Positions 19,145 through 28,939 of a stretch of 64,000 bases of DNA are shown here, piece after piece. Within the stretch, counting starts at the first letter, position 1, and each line of letters starts with the position of its first letter. Origin of the DNA: an uncultured Candidatus Saccharibacteria bacterium (GTDB lineage: Bacteria; Patescibacteriota; Minisyncoccia; UBA6257; 2-01-FULL-56-20); contig CAZHBZ010000002.1 of the NCBI GenBank assembly GCA_964530925.1, positions 3,621 through 67,620 of the forward strand. Direction: 5' to 3'. Both the position numbers and the translations under genes were made by a program. The notes below the pieces were generated by a model. The model did not search any database. It was not told where the DNA came from and was given only the letters and a program-made list of their open reading frames with translations.

Positions 19145-20629
19145 ATGCTTAAGCGCATAAAATCCTGGCTTTTTGAAAATCGCCACACAAGACAAACTGT
19201 TGTTAAAAACACCATTTGGCTTTCCATAGGCACGATTGCGAGCCGTGTCATTAAAGCCATAATAATAATTTACGCAGCCCGCGTTATGGGCACGGAAAGT
19301 TACGGTATCTTTTCTTACGCCTTGAGCCTCGCGGCAATGTTCTCTCTGTTCGCGGACATAGGCACGGGCGGAATCCTAACAAGAGAAGTTTCGCGCGATC
19401 CTGCCACGCTAGAAAAAAATCTCTCTTCTTCTTTTGTTATCAAAATCAGCCTGTTGTTGTTCAGCATGTTCTTGGTCGGCGGAGTAGCTCCGCTCTTTTC
19501 CGCGATAAAGGGCGCGGACTCCCTCATGCCTCTTGCGGCGCTTCTCATCGCCTTTGACGCTCTTCGGGAATTCGGCTTCAGTATCACGAGGGCATGGCAA
19601 AAAATGGAAATTGAGGCCGGAATAAATATGGTTACCGGCATCGGAATCACCATTTTCGGACTGATTGCTTTATGGATCAAACCTACCCCGTTCGTTCTTA
19701 TGGTGGGCTACGTTCTCGGTTCCGGCCTCGGGCTTTTAATTGCCGCGATTCTTTTAGGGAAATATCTCAAAAATTTCTGGAAAAATTTTGATTGGCAACA
19801 CACCAAAAATATGCTGGCGATAGCGTTGCCCTTCGCAATCGGCGGAGTACTTAACGCGCTAACGGTGAATACGGATGCCGTAATGATCGGCTGGCTCCGC
19901 GGGGCAAGCGATGTTGGTCTTTATGCAGCCGCACAAAGACCAATTCTGCTGATTTATATGGCCTCCTCCCTCTTGGCGACAAGCGTTTTCCCGATAATGA
20001 TGAAATCTATAGGAAAGGATGAGCAGCGCGTAAAATTGATATTCGAAAAAACAATGACTATTTCTTTTCTGGCTAGCATGCCGATATTTGTAGGTGGCGC
20101 GATTCTTGCACCCCAAATAATCTCTTTTATATTCGGCTCGCAATACACTAGCGCATCAGCGACGTTCGCAACACTACTATTCACAGTTGTTATGGTCTTC
20201 GCCGCCGCCAACCTCATTAACGGCATATTCGCCTACAACAAACAAAAGATGCTGGTCACTTATTTGATAATCGGAGGAGTCGGGAATGTCCTCCTCGATT
20301 ATCTCTTAATTCCTTCGTTTGGAATATTAGGCTCAGCTATCGCGACAATAATCTCCCAAGGGTCGGCTTATGGATACCTTTGGTACCAACTGAAAAAAAT
20401 TAATAATTTCCACACCCTCAAATATCTGACCAAGGGATTCGCGGCTGTCGGCATAATGGGCCTGTCCACATTCTTAATGGGAATGGTGCATATAAACGTT
20501 ATCGCCAATGTGGCAATTTCCGCAATCGTATACTTCGGGGCTTTAATTCTTCTTAAGGAAGAAATGGTGGAAGAAGTAAAATCTATTTTCCACCTCGGAA
20601 ATGCAGCTTCCTCTTCCGCGGGAGTCTAG
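19145..20629 (+). CDS. wzx: Wzx-type polysaccharide flippase
   Basis: ~12-14 TMs, KNTIWL start, VGLYAAAQR; ATG at 19145 preferred over the extended ORF. Confidence 0.88.
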   Translation: MLKRIKSWLFENRHTRQTVVKNTIWLSIGTIASRVIKAIIIIYAARVMGTESYGIFSYALSLAAMFSLFADIGTGGILTREVSRDPATLEKNLSSSFVIKISLLLFSMFLVGGVAPLFSAIKGADSLMPLAALLIAFDALREFGFSITRAWQKMEIEAGINMVTGIGITIFGLIALWIKPTPFVLMVGYVLGSGLGLLIAAILLGKYLKNFWKNFDWQHTKNMLAIALPFAIGGVLNALTVNTDAVMIGWLRGASDVGLYAAAQRPILLIYMASSLLATSVFPIMMKSIGKDEQRVKLIFEKTMTISFLASMPIFVGGAILAPQIISFIFGSQYTSASATFATLLFTVVMVFAAANLINGIFAYNKQKMLVTYLIIGGVGNVLLDYLLIPSFGILGSAIATIISQGSAYGYLWYQLKKINNFHTLKYLTKGFAAVGIMGLSTFLMGMVHINVIANVAISAIVYFGALILLKEEMVEEVKSIFHLGNAASSSAGV

Positions 20630-21852
20630 TTCCGTCTCCCAGAAATTATCTCCCTTATCCTCTGAACTGCAAACTCTAACGAAAGATTCTTCTCGGCGTA
20701 TTCGCGCCCATGCTGCCCCATTGTCGCCATTTCTTGTTCGCTTTTGGCGGCTAATTCACGAATATTTTTTTCTGCGGTTTCCATATCCCCAGCCACGGAA
20801 GCCAACCCGCAATTCGTTTTTGATACCAGCTCGAAAGCGTCGCTCTCCTTATTTAAAAATGCCAATATGGGCTTCCCCGCGGCCATATAGCCCAAAAATT
20901 TGCCCGGAACAAATGGGGTTTTGTTCTGGGAGCTCAAACAGACAATGCCCACATCGGCAATCGCCGCCAGATCCGGATAATCTTCCTTAGAAACAAAACC
21001 TTGAAGAGAAATATTCTTAAGTCCATATCTCTCCATGGCGGCCGCTACTTTTGGCTTTTCCATTCCATCGCCCACCAGCAAAAAGACGGTGTTCTCAATA
21101 TCTTTAACCTTATTTGCGACTTCAACCAAAAACTCCATTCCCTGCGCCGGACCCATAATACCGGCAAATAAAAATATTTTTTTACCTTCCAGGCCGTAAA
21201 TTTTTCGGAAATCTTTCTGAGCCGGCCTCCCGTACTCTCCCAGATCTATCCAGTTTTCCAAAGTGACTATCTTATTTTCCGGAACATGCTTCTTCTCTAT
21301 CAAAAACTTCCTGCCTCCAGCCGAATGAAAAGTTATAACGTCCGCGCTCTTATACGCAAATTTTTCAATCGCCTCAAAAAATTTTATAGCCAGGCCGTTC
21401 TTTAATATTCCCAAATCAATGGCATTTTGAGGGAAGATATCCTGAAGATTTAACAAAAACTTTGCCCCATACTTCCTTTTGATGAGCGCACCGGCAATCG
21501 GGAGAGTCACCGGGGGGCTATACACTATCACTCCATCCAAGTTTTTCCCCGCGTATTTTCTTGCCTTACGAAACACCAAAAATGGCAGAAGCAACTGGGA
21601 GACACCCCTAATTATGAAATTAACCTTCTTAAGCGGCGGAGTTTTTATTCTAATTACTTTTATGCCGCCCTCGTCCATAAATTCATCGAATTTCCCGGCG
21701 AGAGACTTGTCCGCCAAGTAATGCTTGGGATGCGTGGTGGCAACAATTACTTCGTCGCCCCGAGCCGCAAGCCCCTGCGAAAGCTCCTGAATCAAACTTG
21801 CCGCTGAGGACACCTCCGGCGGATAAACATCGGCGATTATGAGTATCTTCAT
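20626..21852 (-). CDS. GT4 glycosyltransferase (WbuB-like, candidate L-FucNAc transferase)
   Basis: YPPE N-terminus, QDIFPQNA, PGKFLGYMAAGKP; adjacent to fnl genes. Confidence 0.85.
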   Translation of the reverse strand: MKILIIADVYPPEVSSAASLIQELSQGLAARGDEVIVATTHPKHYLADKSLAGKFDEFMDEGGIKVIRIKTPPLKKVNFIIRGVSQLLLPFLVFRKARKYAGKNLDGVIVYSPPVTLPIAGALIKRKYGAKFLLNLQDIFPQNAIDLGILKNGLAIKFFEAIEKFAYKSADVITFHSAGGRKFLIEKKHVPENKIVTLENWIDLGEYGRPAQKDFRKIYGLEGKKIFLFAGIMGPAQGMEFLVEVANKVKDIENTVFLLVGDGMEKPKVAAAMERYGLKNISLQGFVSKEDYPDLAAIADVGIVCLSSQNKTPFVPGKFLGYMAAGKPILAFLNKESDAFELVSKTNCGLASVAGDMETAEKNIRELAAKSEQEMATMGQHGREYAEKNLSLEFAVQRIREIISGRRN

Positions 21853-22985
21853 TATAGGGCGCGCTTTTTCTTGAGTATCCTCGTCAGACCAACTATATGC
21901 CTCAGCACCTTGCTTGAAACGTTCGTATCTCGATAATTGCGCGGAACGTTCATTTTTACACCTCGAGCTCGTTCTCCCACCGTCACATCTATGGCAAGCA
22001 AGATCGCGTCCCTGCTTCGTCCGGCGAGAATCGCCACTCCCTCATCAAACGCTTCCGGCCTCTCGGAACTGACCCTCATTTGTACCGCCGGAAAATCCAT
22101 CGCCGCGGATTCTTCGTGGATACTCCCGCTATCGGAGATAACGCAAAACGCTTCTCTCTGAAGTTTATTGAAATCAAAATATCCGAAAGGTTTGTGGAAG
22201 TTTATAAGTTCATTCGCCTTCATTCCATATTCTTCCAACCTCTTGGCGGTCCTCGGATGCGTGCTCATGATTATCGGCATTTTGTACTCCTCCGCTACCG
22301 CGTTCAAAGAATCAATGAGCTCCGTAAAAGACTCTTTGGAATCCACGTTTTCTTCCCGATGGATAGTCGCCACAAAATATTTTTTGGGCTCGAGTTTTAA
22401 CTCTTCCAGTATTTTGGATGCATCCACCCCATCCTTATATGCGGCAAAAACTTCCGTAAGTGGGGTGCCGGTGACAAATATGGTGCCCGGGGGTATTCCT
22501 TCTTGGATAAGATACTGCCTCGCGTTTTCGCTGTACGGCAAATTTATGTCGCTTATGTGGTCCACAATACGGCGATTTATTTCTTCCGGCAGATGTTCGT
22601 CGAAAGAACGGTTGCCGGCTTCCATATGAAAAATGGGGATACGAAGGCGCTTGGCTATTATCGCGGCGAGCGCGCTATTAGTATCACCCAAGATAAGCAC
22701 CGAATCCGGATTTTCCTTTTTTATAACCTCCTCGCTCTTTTCTATTATTTTCGCGATCTGGCCTCCAAGAGTTTCCGACTTAACCTCTAAAAAGTAGTCC
22801 GGCTTCCTGACCCTCAGGTCGTCGAAAAACACTTGGTTCATTTCGTAATCGTAGCTCTGCCCGGTATGCACCATTATGTGTTCAACATATTCATCCAACT
22901 TCGCAAAGACCCGCGATAAACGAATTATCTCCGGCCTCGTGCCGAAGATGGTCATAACTTTCAGCTTTTTAGAATTGGTCTTCAT
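21852..22985 (-). CDS. Non-hydrolysing UDP-N-acetylhexosamine 2-epimerase (WbjD/FnlC/CapG-like)
   Basis: GTRPEII, HTGQSYD, HMEAGNRS, PEEINR, SDSG. Confidence 0.92.
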   Translation of the reverse strand: MKTNSKKLKVMTIFGTRPEIIRLSRVFAKLDEYVEHIMVHTGQSYDYEMNQVFFDDLRVRKPDYFLEVKSETLGGQIAKIIEKSEEVIKKENPDSVLILGDTNSALAAIIAKRLRIPIFHMEAGNRSFDEHLPEEINRRIVDHISDINLPYSENARQYLIQEGIPPGTIFVTGTPLTEVFAAYKDGVDASKILEELKLEPKKYFVATIHREENVDSKESFTELIDSLNAVAEEYKMPIIMSTHPRTAKRLEEYGMKANELINFHKPFGYFDFNKLQREAFCVISDSGSIHEESAAMDFPAVQMRVSSERPEAFDEGVAILAGRSRDAILLAIDVTVGERARGVKMNVPRNYRDTNVSSKVLRHIVGLTRILKKKRAL

Positions 22986-22993
22986 TTTTTATT

Positions 22994-23380
22994 TTATACT
23001 TCCTCCGGAAAAGTGTCTGGATTTTCGGGGTCAAATACCTCATTTACCCAAACAACCAGCCCCATCTCTCCTTCGCCGATATTTTTAATATTGTGCGTCC
23101 AATTGAGCGGCATATCAATGATGGTCGGATTTTCGCCAGAAACATCAAACTCCGCTTTTTCGCCGGTTTCTCTGTTCCGGAGCGATATCTTAGCCCTCCC
23201 TTTGACCACACAGAAACGCTCCACCTTGTGCTTCAAGTGATAGTGATTTCCTCGAGTTTTGCCGGGATGCGTTGTGGAATAGAAAACCTGGCCAATCCCC
23301 GGAAATTTAAAAAGCTCCGCCAAGCTCCCTCGCTCATCGGACTTCCAGTCCAACTTTTCCACCTTAATTTCCTGGGACAT
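22994..23380 (-). CDS. Cupin domain equal to the C-terminal half of WbjC/FnlB/CapF
   Basis: DERGSLAELF, TRGNHYH...KVERFCVV, WTHNI, NEVFDPENPDT. Confidence 0.85.
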   Translation of the reverse strand: MSQEIKVEKLDWKSDERGSLAELFKFPGIGQVFYSTTHPGKTRGNHYHLKHKVERFCVVKGRAKISLRNRETGEKAEFDVSGENPTIIDMPLNWTHNIKNIGEGEMGLVVWVNEVFDPENPDTFPEEV

Positions 23381-24110
23381 ATGACAAATATACCTTATAT
23401 AATATTTTTTCCAACTTAGTCTCGGGCTTGATGGAGCCTTCGGCAAATCCCTCCATAAGCTCCGCGAGCCGTCCCACAGAAATTTCGTCTTTAGAATCCA
23501 GCTTTTTAAAAAACAGTTTTTGCTTCCGTTTGGCCCGAACCTCTCGAGTCAGCTCTCTCACCACTTCTCCAACGTATAAAAGACGGATGGTTTTCTTTGG
23601 ATCGTTGATCGGCAACTTTTTCCCGCCTGCCGCTTCGCTAGCAAAAGTCGAAACCACCGAATTATAAAACGGTCTCCCTCCCTCCCCGAATAAATTCGTG
23701 AGCCGAAATATGGAAACCTTGATCCCGTGTTTCCTTGAGATTTCTTCCAAAAGATTTTCCGCCAAACGCTTGCTTCGCCCATAAACAGAATCGTTCTCCG
23801 CCTGCACTGAAGAAGTGAAAATTATTTTTGCCTTCGGATTATTCGCCCAAACCGCCTCAGCCAGATTAAAGGTGGTTATGATGCTTCCGGCTACTACTTC
23901 CGCGTCCGTTCCCCGGTTGACGGCGGCGGCATGGATTATGACATCCGAACTTTTTACGAATTTTTTGAGTGCCGCCTGGGATGGGTGGACCAAGTTATTG
24001 TCCGGCAGGTCAAAATAAATGACCTTAAAACCCTCTTTCTTGAGAGTGTCGGAAAGATGCCTGCCTAAAAACCCTTTTCCGCCGGTTATTCCGACGGTTT
24101 TTCGATTCAT
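23364..24110 (-). CDS. NAD-dependent reductase equal to the N-terminal half of WbjC/FnlB/CapF
   Basis: TGGKGFLG, HAAAVNR, SSVQA...YGRSK, RPFYNSVV. Confidence 0.85.
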   Translation of the reverse strand: MNRKTVGITGGKGFLGRHLSDTLKKEGFKVIYFDLPDNNLVHPSQAALKKFVKSSDVIIHAAAVNRGTDAEVVAGSIITTFNLAEAVWANNPKAKIIFTSSVQAENDSVYGRSKRLAENLLEEISRKHGIKVSIFRLTNLFGEGGRPFYNSVVSTFASEAAGGKKLPINDPKKTIRLLYVGEVVRELTREVRAKRKQKLFFKKLDSKDEISVGRLAELMEGFAEGSIKPETKLEKILYKVYLSYVPGN

Positions 24111-25153
24111 TTTCCTTGTGCTTTTAGTTCCGCCTTGACCTCATCCAAAGACAATATCAATTGCTTTGTCTCCTCTAGTGTCAATCGTCTGGTGTTCGCG
24201 GAAGTAAATCCCTCGTCCGGAAGATCTATTTTTTTGACCCCTTTAAAATAATAATCGCGATAATCAATTCCGTTGCCTTCCGGAACGATCTTGTAATACT
24301 CACCCATGTCTTCTGCGCGAAAAACTTCCTCCGAAGAAAGAAGAACTTCGTGCATTTTTTCTCCGGGACGAATTCCTATCTCTTCGACTCCGGCTTTATG
24401 ATCGAAAATGGAAACCAGCGCCTCGGCCACGTCCGCCATCGTAGAAGCTGGAGCTTTTCTTACATACATTTCTCCTTGCTTCCCATGAGCAAGCGCGAAC
24501 AATACAAGATCCGTCGCTTCTGACATCGGCATCATAAATCTGGTCATTTGATTGTGAGTGACCGTAAGAGGTTTGCCGGCTTTAATTTTACTCACGAAAT
24601 ACGGCAGCACGGACCCGCGCGTGTACATAACGTTTCCGTATCGGGTTCCGCAAACCACGGTTTTAGAATTATTCTCGCTCCGCGAGGCCGCGATCATAAC
24701 TCTTTCCATCAAGGCCTTGGTCATGCCCATCACGTTTATCGGGTACACAGCCTTGTCGGTCGAGAGTATGACAACCCGTTCCACACCATGGTGAATTGCC
24801 GCCTGAATCACATTGTGCGCTCCAAGCGCATTGGTCCTAATTGCTTCTACGGGAAAGAACTCGCAATTCGGAACCTGTTTTAAGGCCGCCGCGTGAAAAA
24901 CCAAGTCTATCCCTTTCATGAGATAGGTCACGGTGTCATGGTCGCGCACATCGCCCAAAACAAACTTAAGCCGGGGATCGTTAAATTTGTTCCCCATGTC
25001 GAATTGCTTTTTCTCATCCCGGCTGAAAATAATTATTTGTTTTGGCTCTAGCTTCAAAAGGCGTTCGGCCATGGCATTGCCAAAAGAACCGGTCCCGCCG
25101 GTTATAAGGATCGTTTTGCCGTTTATATTTTTGGCTACATCTTCTTCGCTCAT
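24107..25153 (-). CDS. UDP-GlcNAc 4,6-dehydratase/epimerase (WbjB/FnlA/CapE-like)
   Basis: TGGTGSFG, SRDEKKQ, HAAALKQVP, STDKAVYPIN, IRPGEKMHE. Confidence 0.93.
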   Translation of the reverse strand: MSEEDVAKNINGKTILITGGTGSFGNAMAERLLKLEPKQIIIFSRDEKKQFDMGNKFNDPRLKFVLGDVRDHDTVTYLMKGIDLVFHAAALKQVPNCEFFPVEAIRTNALGAHNVIQAAIHHGVERVVILSTDKAVYPINVMGMTKALMERVMIAASRSENNSKTVVCGTRYGNVMYTRGSVLPYFVSKIKAGKPLTVTHNQMTRFMMPMSEATDLVLFALAHGKQGEMYVRKAPASTMADVAEALVSIFDHKAGVEEIGIRPGEKMHEVLLSSEEVFRAEDMGEYYKIVPEGNGIDYRDYYFKGVKKIDLPDEGFTSANTRRLTLEETKQLILSLDEVKAELKAQGK

Positions 25154-25200
25154 TTAAGTGTGTTTATTATAAATCGATTCTCAAAAATTGGCAAATGCTG

Positions 25201-26022
25201 CTACTTTGTCTTCTTCGCCCTTAGAATATTCACGTCCACCATCCACCTATACCAAAATCCTTGTAAAAAATGGAATCTCGTTCCGACCCAACCGTCCAAA
25301 AACCCAAGTTGGAAAAAATATCTATAGATGAAATACAGTATGACCCGCAAAAACGGCGGAAATTTATAATACACTCCCATTTTAAGGCGATAGTTCCGGC
25401 TGAACTCTCCATCTTCGAAAGTTTTATTTTTATCGCTCAAATATGCCCGCGCTTCGCGAACGGCATATTTTCTGTGCTTCTCTTTCCACTCCTCCAATCC
25501 TTTCAAATTATTATCAACAAAATCATTATTGAGCTTCTCGGTTGTTCCGCGCGTCAAAACCAGATGCTCATCCATCTCGCGCTCCTCGCTCTTGCCCCAC
25601 CCCTTCCGAAAAATTCGGAGGAGCCAGGTCGGATAATACCCCCCATGCCTTATCCACCGACCCAAAAAATAATTACGTCTTTTTATATAAAATCCGCCCA
25701 TGTTCGCGTCTGCCTCTGGAAGTTTTTCTAAAATTTCGGCTTTTAATTCCGGCAAAAGCTCCTCATCCGCGTCCAACCGCAAGATCCAATCTCCACTAAA
25801 CTCCAAATTCCCCAACGCCCAATTTAATTGATCTGCCTGATTTTTAAATTCGTGAACCACGAATTTAGCGCCGAATCTTTCCGCGATCTCTTTGGTTCCG
25901 TCAGTAGAACCCGAATCCACGATTATTATCTCCGACACCAGGTCCCCGGCACTCTCAAGACACTTCGAAAGGTTCGCTTCTTCGTTGTAGGTCAGAATCA
26001 AAAGTGAAATATTCGGCTTCAT
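25201..26022 (-). CDS. GT2 glycosyltransferase
   Basis: VDSGSTDGT and LDADE (DXD) motifs. Confidence 0.9.
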   Translation of the reverse strand: MKPNISLLILTYNEEANLSKCLESAGDLVSEIIIVDSGSTDGTKEIAERFGAKFVVHEFKNQADQLNWALGNLEFSGDWILRLDADEELLPELKAEILEKLPEADANMGGFYIKRRNYFLGRWIRHGGYYPTWLLRIFRKGWGKSEEREMDEHLVLTRGTTEKLNNDFVDNNLKGLEEWKEKHRKYAVREARAYLSDKNKTFEDGEFSRNYRLKMGVYYKFPPFLRVILYFIYRYFFQLGFLDGWVGTRFHFLQGFWYRWMVDVNILRAKKTK

Positions 26023-26055
26023 ATAGTGAGCTTACCTCGTGAACGATTTTTTTAC

Positions 26056-26081
26056 AAAAAGCTCCGGCTTGCGGCCGGAGC
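26056..26081. terminator. Intrinsic terminator for 26088-26789
   Basis: AAAAA-GCTCCGGC-TTGCG-GCCGGAGC (T-run on -). Confidence 0.7.
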
Positions 26082-26087
26082 GTGATT

Positions 26088-26789
26088 TCAGTACTTGTCG
26101 TTCCTGTTGCGCAGGGTGTCAGTTAGCCAGTCTGCCAAAAGCTTCGTATTCGGAATGACGCAATGCCCGCCGATCTTTCCGGGCATAGCCTTCAAGACGG
26201 GCCTTACCACCTGCGGCATTCCAAGCTCTCTATACCCTCGGTTATAGTCGCTATTCGGTTCGGTATATACCTCTTCAAAATCTAGACCCAGCTCATCACA
26301 GATGCGTTTCGCTTCCTTGGCGAAGACGATATTCCAACCGTAATAGGTGGTATCAAGAATCTTCAAAAGTTCCGTGGTTTCCGGTTTCGGAAAAGTTTTT
26401 GTTTTGACACCTGCGGCTTCGAAATCCGCAGCCGCTTCAAGGGCCCTGGCTCCTCCGAAATATTTTTCGAAGGTCAGGATCCCCTTGGCGAGATGCGGGT
26501 GAACTCCGCGAATCGGGCTATGGACCGCGTTCTGTCCGATTTTCCGGGTCGTGCCGACGGGCACCGTGGAATGGACGACAACGATTTCAGGATGATACTG
26601 CCGGACATAGTTCTTCGCGGCCCGCACAAATCCCTTGCCCGGCGGGAAACAGATATGCAGAACTCCAAAGCTTCCCTTCGGACCTCCCTCCACATCGCGA
26701 ATTTCCACGGACCACCGCCCTCCCAAGACCTCCTTGAGGGCGACACCAACCTCCCCCGCGCCAACGATAAGATGCGTGCGATTTTTCAA
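26088..26789 (-). CDS. Short UDP-glucose/GDP-mannose dehydrogenase-family protein lacking the C-terminal domain
   Basis: GAGEVG, HSTVPVGTT, TELLK and IGGHCVIPN motifs; TTG start with AAGGAGG SD. Confidence 0.75.
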   Translation of the reverse strand: MKNRTHLIVGAGEVGVALKEVLGGRWSVEIRDVEGGPKGSFGVLHICFPPGKGFVRAAKNYVRQYHPEIVVVHSTVPVGTTRKIGQNAVHSPIRGVHPHLAKGILTFEKYFGGARALEAAADFEAAGVKTKTFPKPETTELLKILDTTYYGWNIVFAKEAKRICDELGLDFEEVYTEPNSDYNRGYRELGMPQVVRPVLKAMPGKIGGHCVIPNTKLLADWLTDTLRNRNDKY

Positions 26790-26860
26790 AGGAATGCCTC
26801 CTTCCTATTAGATTCTTTACTAACACCATATTCTCCGAAGAGATGCGCTAAGTCAAGAAA

Positions 26861-28054
26861 TCATTTACCGCCATCTTCAATTATCTTGCGATATTCTAAA
26901 ATGAATTTTTTTGCGATGCTTTCCTCGGAAAGATATTTCTCAGCCGCGATCCTGCCGTTTGCACCGAATTTGCCGCGTAATTGGTCATCCGCAAGTATTT
27001 TTTCGATCGCTCCCGCAAGCTCATTTTTATCCTTTTTTATAACCATACCCGCCCCGCCTTCGTCGACTATTCCCGAAACCCCAACTCCCGTCGTTGCGAT
27101 GACCGGAATTCCCATCGCCATCGCCTCCGCGGTGGCCATGCCGAAACTCTCCGACTCCGACGGTTGAACCAATAAATCGGTCGCCCTAAGAGCGATTTCT
27201 TTTTGGCGGCCGGAGAGCATGCCGGCAAAAACTATATTTTCTCCCAACCCATAATCGGAAATTAGTTTCTCCACCTCCTTTTTATATCCTTTTTCGTCAT
27301 CTCCGCCGATTATCAACAGCCTTACCGAAACTTTTTGGCGAATCAGATCCGCGAAAGCCGGGATTAGAGTGTCGAATCCTTTTATTTTGCTGATCCTCCC
27401 GAGACAAGAAACTATCTTCTCTTCTGCGCGAACGCCAAATCTTTTTCTGAATTCGTGAACCTCTTCTGCGGAAACAGAACCTAATTCCGGCAACTTTATG
27501 CCGTTTGGCAAAACCATCGAGTGTTTAAGCGGCAATCCCAAATCGATATAATCCCCCTCTTCCTCTTTGCTCGTAAAATCCATCCCCGCGGCACCAGCTA
27601 AATTTCTTTTTTCTATAAGAAAAATATATATCTTTTTTTTCAGGCGAGATGTGGAAAGCGGATTTTTCATTAAATTCCCGCGCGGAGAAATAATATAAGG
27701 AACTCCGTATTTTTTCGCGTAATATGCTCCAAATGCGGAGGCCGACAAAAAGGTGGAAGTAATGTGTACGATGTCAAAATTTTTTATTGTTTTTTTGATC
27801 GCCCGCCTCATTAAGGTGGAGTTATACCAGCCAACCGGAAAGTTGAGCGGAAAATAATATATTTTTACCCCATCCATATCCACCGGCTCCCCGAGCGGCA
27901 CGTTTAACCTGGACTTGCCATCTGCATTGGTCGTATAAACAGTTACTTCCGCCCCAGCTGCGACAAGCGCCTTATTCATATTATGAACGCTCTGAACCGG
28001 CCCGCCATATCTTGTCGCGGGAAGGTAGCTTGGCACTATGTGGAGAATTTTCAT
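26861..28054 (-). CDS. GT4 glycosyltransferase
   Basis: YGGP N-terminus, GRISKIKG, ESFGMATAEAMA. Confidence 0.92.
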   Translation of the reverse strand: MKILHIVPSYLPATRYGGPVQSVHNMNKALVAAGAEVTVYTTNADGKSRLNVPLGEPVDMDGVKIYYFPLNFPVGWYNSTLMRRAIKKTIKNFDIVHITSTFLSASAFGAYYAKKYGVPYIISPRGNLMKNPLSTSRLKKKIYIFLIEKRNLAGAAGMDFTSKEEEGDYIDLGLPLKHSMVLPNGIKLPELGSVSAEEVHEFRKRFGVRAEEKIVSCLGRISKIKGFDTLIPAFADLIRQKVSVRLLIIGGDDEKGYKKEVEKLISDYGLGENIVFAGMLSGRQKEIALRATDLLVQPSESESFGMATAEAMAMGIPVIATTGVGVSGIVDEGGAGMVIKKDKNELAGAIEKILADDQLRGKFGANGRIAAEKYLSEESIAKKFILEYRKIIEDGGK

Positions 28055-28938
28055 ACAAAATTTGGAATTCTTTTTGTTATTCCATATATCCTTCCGCATC
28101 TTGAACATTTGTAGGCATTATCGGTCAATATTAACTGGGCTCGACAGTCGGGGCATACCAAGATATCCGCGAGTTTAATCTTTCGATTTCGAATGTTTTG
28201 CGAAAAAACTTTTCTGGCAAGAAACAGGACTATCTTTTTTAGCTTGGTTTTAAAATCACCCCTCCCGGGAATCCACCCCTCAAGCGTGGCTGGCTCCCAA
28301 TCAAAAGCATATTCCGGGTTAAGTATTTTATATTTTATTCCACCCGAACTTCTGCTCCAGTAATATCGGACGTGAAAATCAAACGGATTCCCGGAAAACC
28401 AAGGTTGAGCTATTTTTCTGGCTTTATTTTTGAAAAGCTCAAAAAGTTCTTTGTCTTGAGTTGGCGCCATTTTTTTTCGAATTAGAAGGATCCCGTTTGT
28501 ATCGGTTATTTCTAACATGTGAAATGGGTAGTTAGTTAACCGCTCCATAAAAGCATCCGGCACCTCTATATACCCGGCCCTCCCGACTCTTTGAATCTCG
28601 GAAATAAACCTATCCGGACTTTTAGAGTGTTCAAGAACGTGTGAGGCTATTACAAAATCAAAACTGTCGTCACTAAATGGCAATTTTTCCGCCTCTGCCA
28701 AAACTATCGGTCTGTCGGTAATAAGTTTTTCGGAAAACCTCTCCACGGTGTCCAAGTGCGCATCGCATAATACATTCGCGCGACAGTATGGGTTCCCGCC
28801 ACTCCCCACCTCAAGAACCAAAGCTTCCTTTGATACGGGACAATAAAGCCGGCGCAACGACCAGGCTAAGGAATTTAAGCCCAGCCTCTTAAAAAACTTC
28901 ATTGCCGAACTTTCTTGTTCTGACCCCTTTGAAAACAT
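28051..28938 (-). CDS. Class I SAM methyltransferase with C-terminal Trm112-like CxxC...CxxC ribbon
   Basis: LEVGSGG, LPFSDDSFD...HVLEH, CPDC...CSRC; start uncertain. Confidence 0.8.
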   Translation of the reverse strand: MFSKGSEQESSAMKFFKRLGLNSLAWSLRRLYCPVSKEALVLEVGSGGNPYCRANVLCDAHLDTVERFSEKLITDRPIVLAEAEKLPFSDDSFDFVIASHVLEHSKSPDRFISEIQRVGRAGYIEVPDAFMERLTNYPFHMLEITDTNGILLIRKKMAPTQDKELFELFKNKARKIAQPWFSGNPFDFHVRYYWSRSSGGIKYKILNPEYAFDWEPATLEGWIPGRGDFKTKLKKIVLFLARKVFSQNIRNRKIKLADILVCPDCRAQLILTDNAYKCSRCGRIYGITKRIPNFV

Positions 28939-28939
28939 T

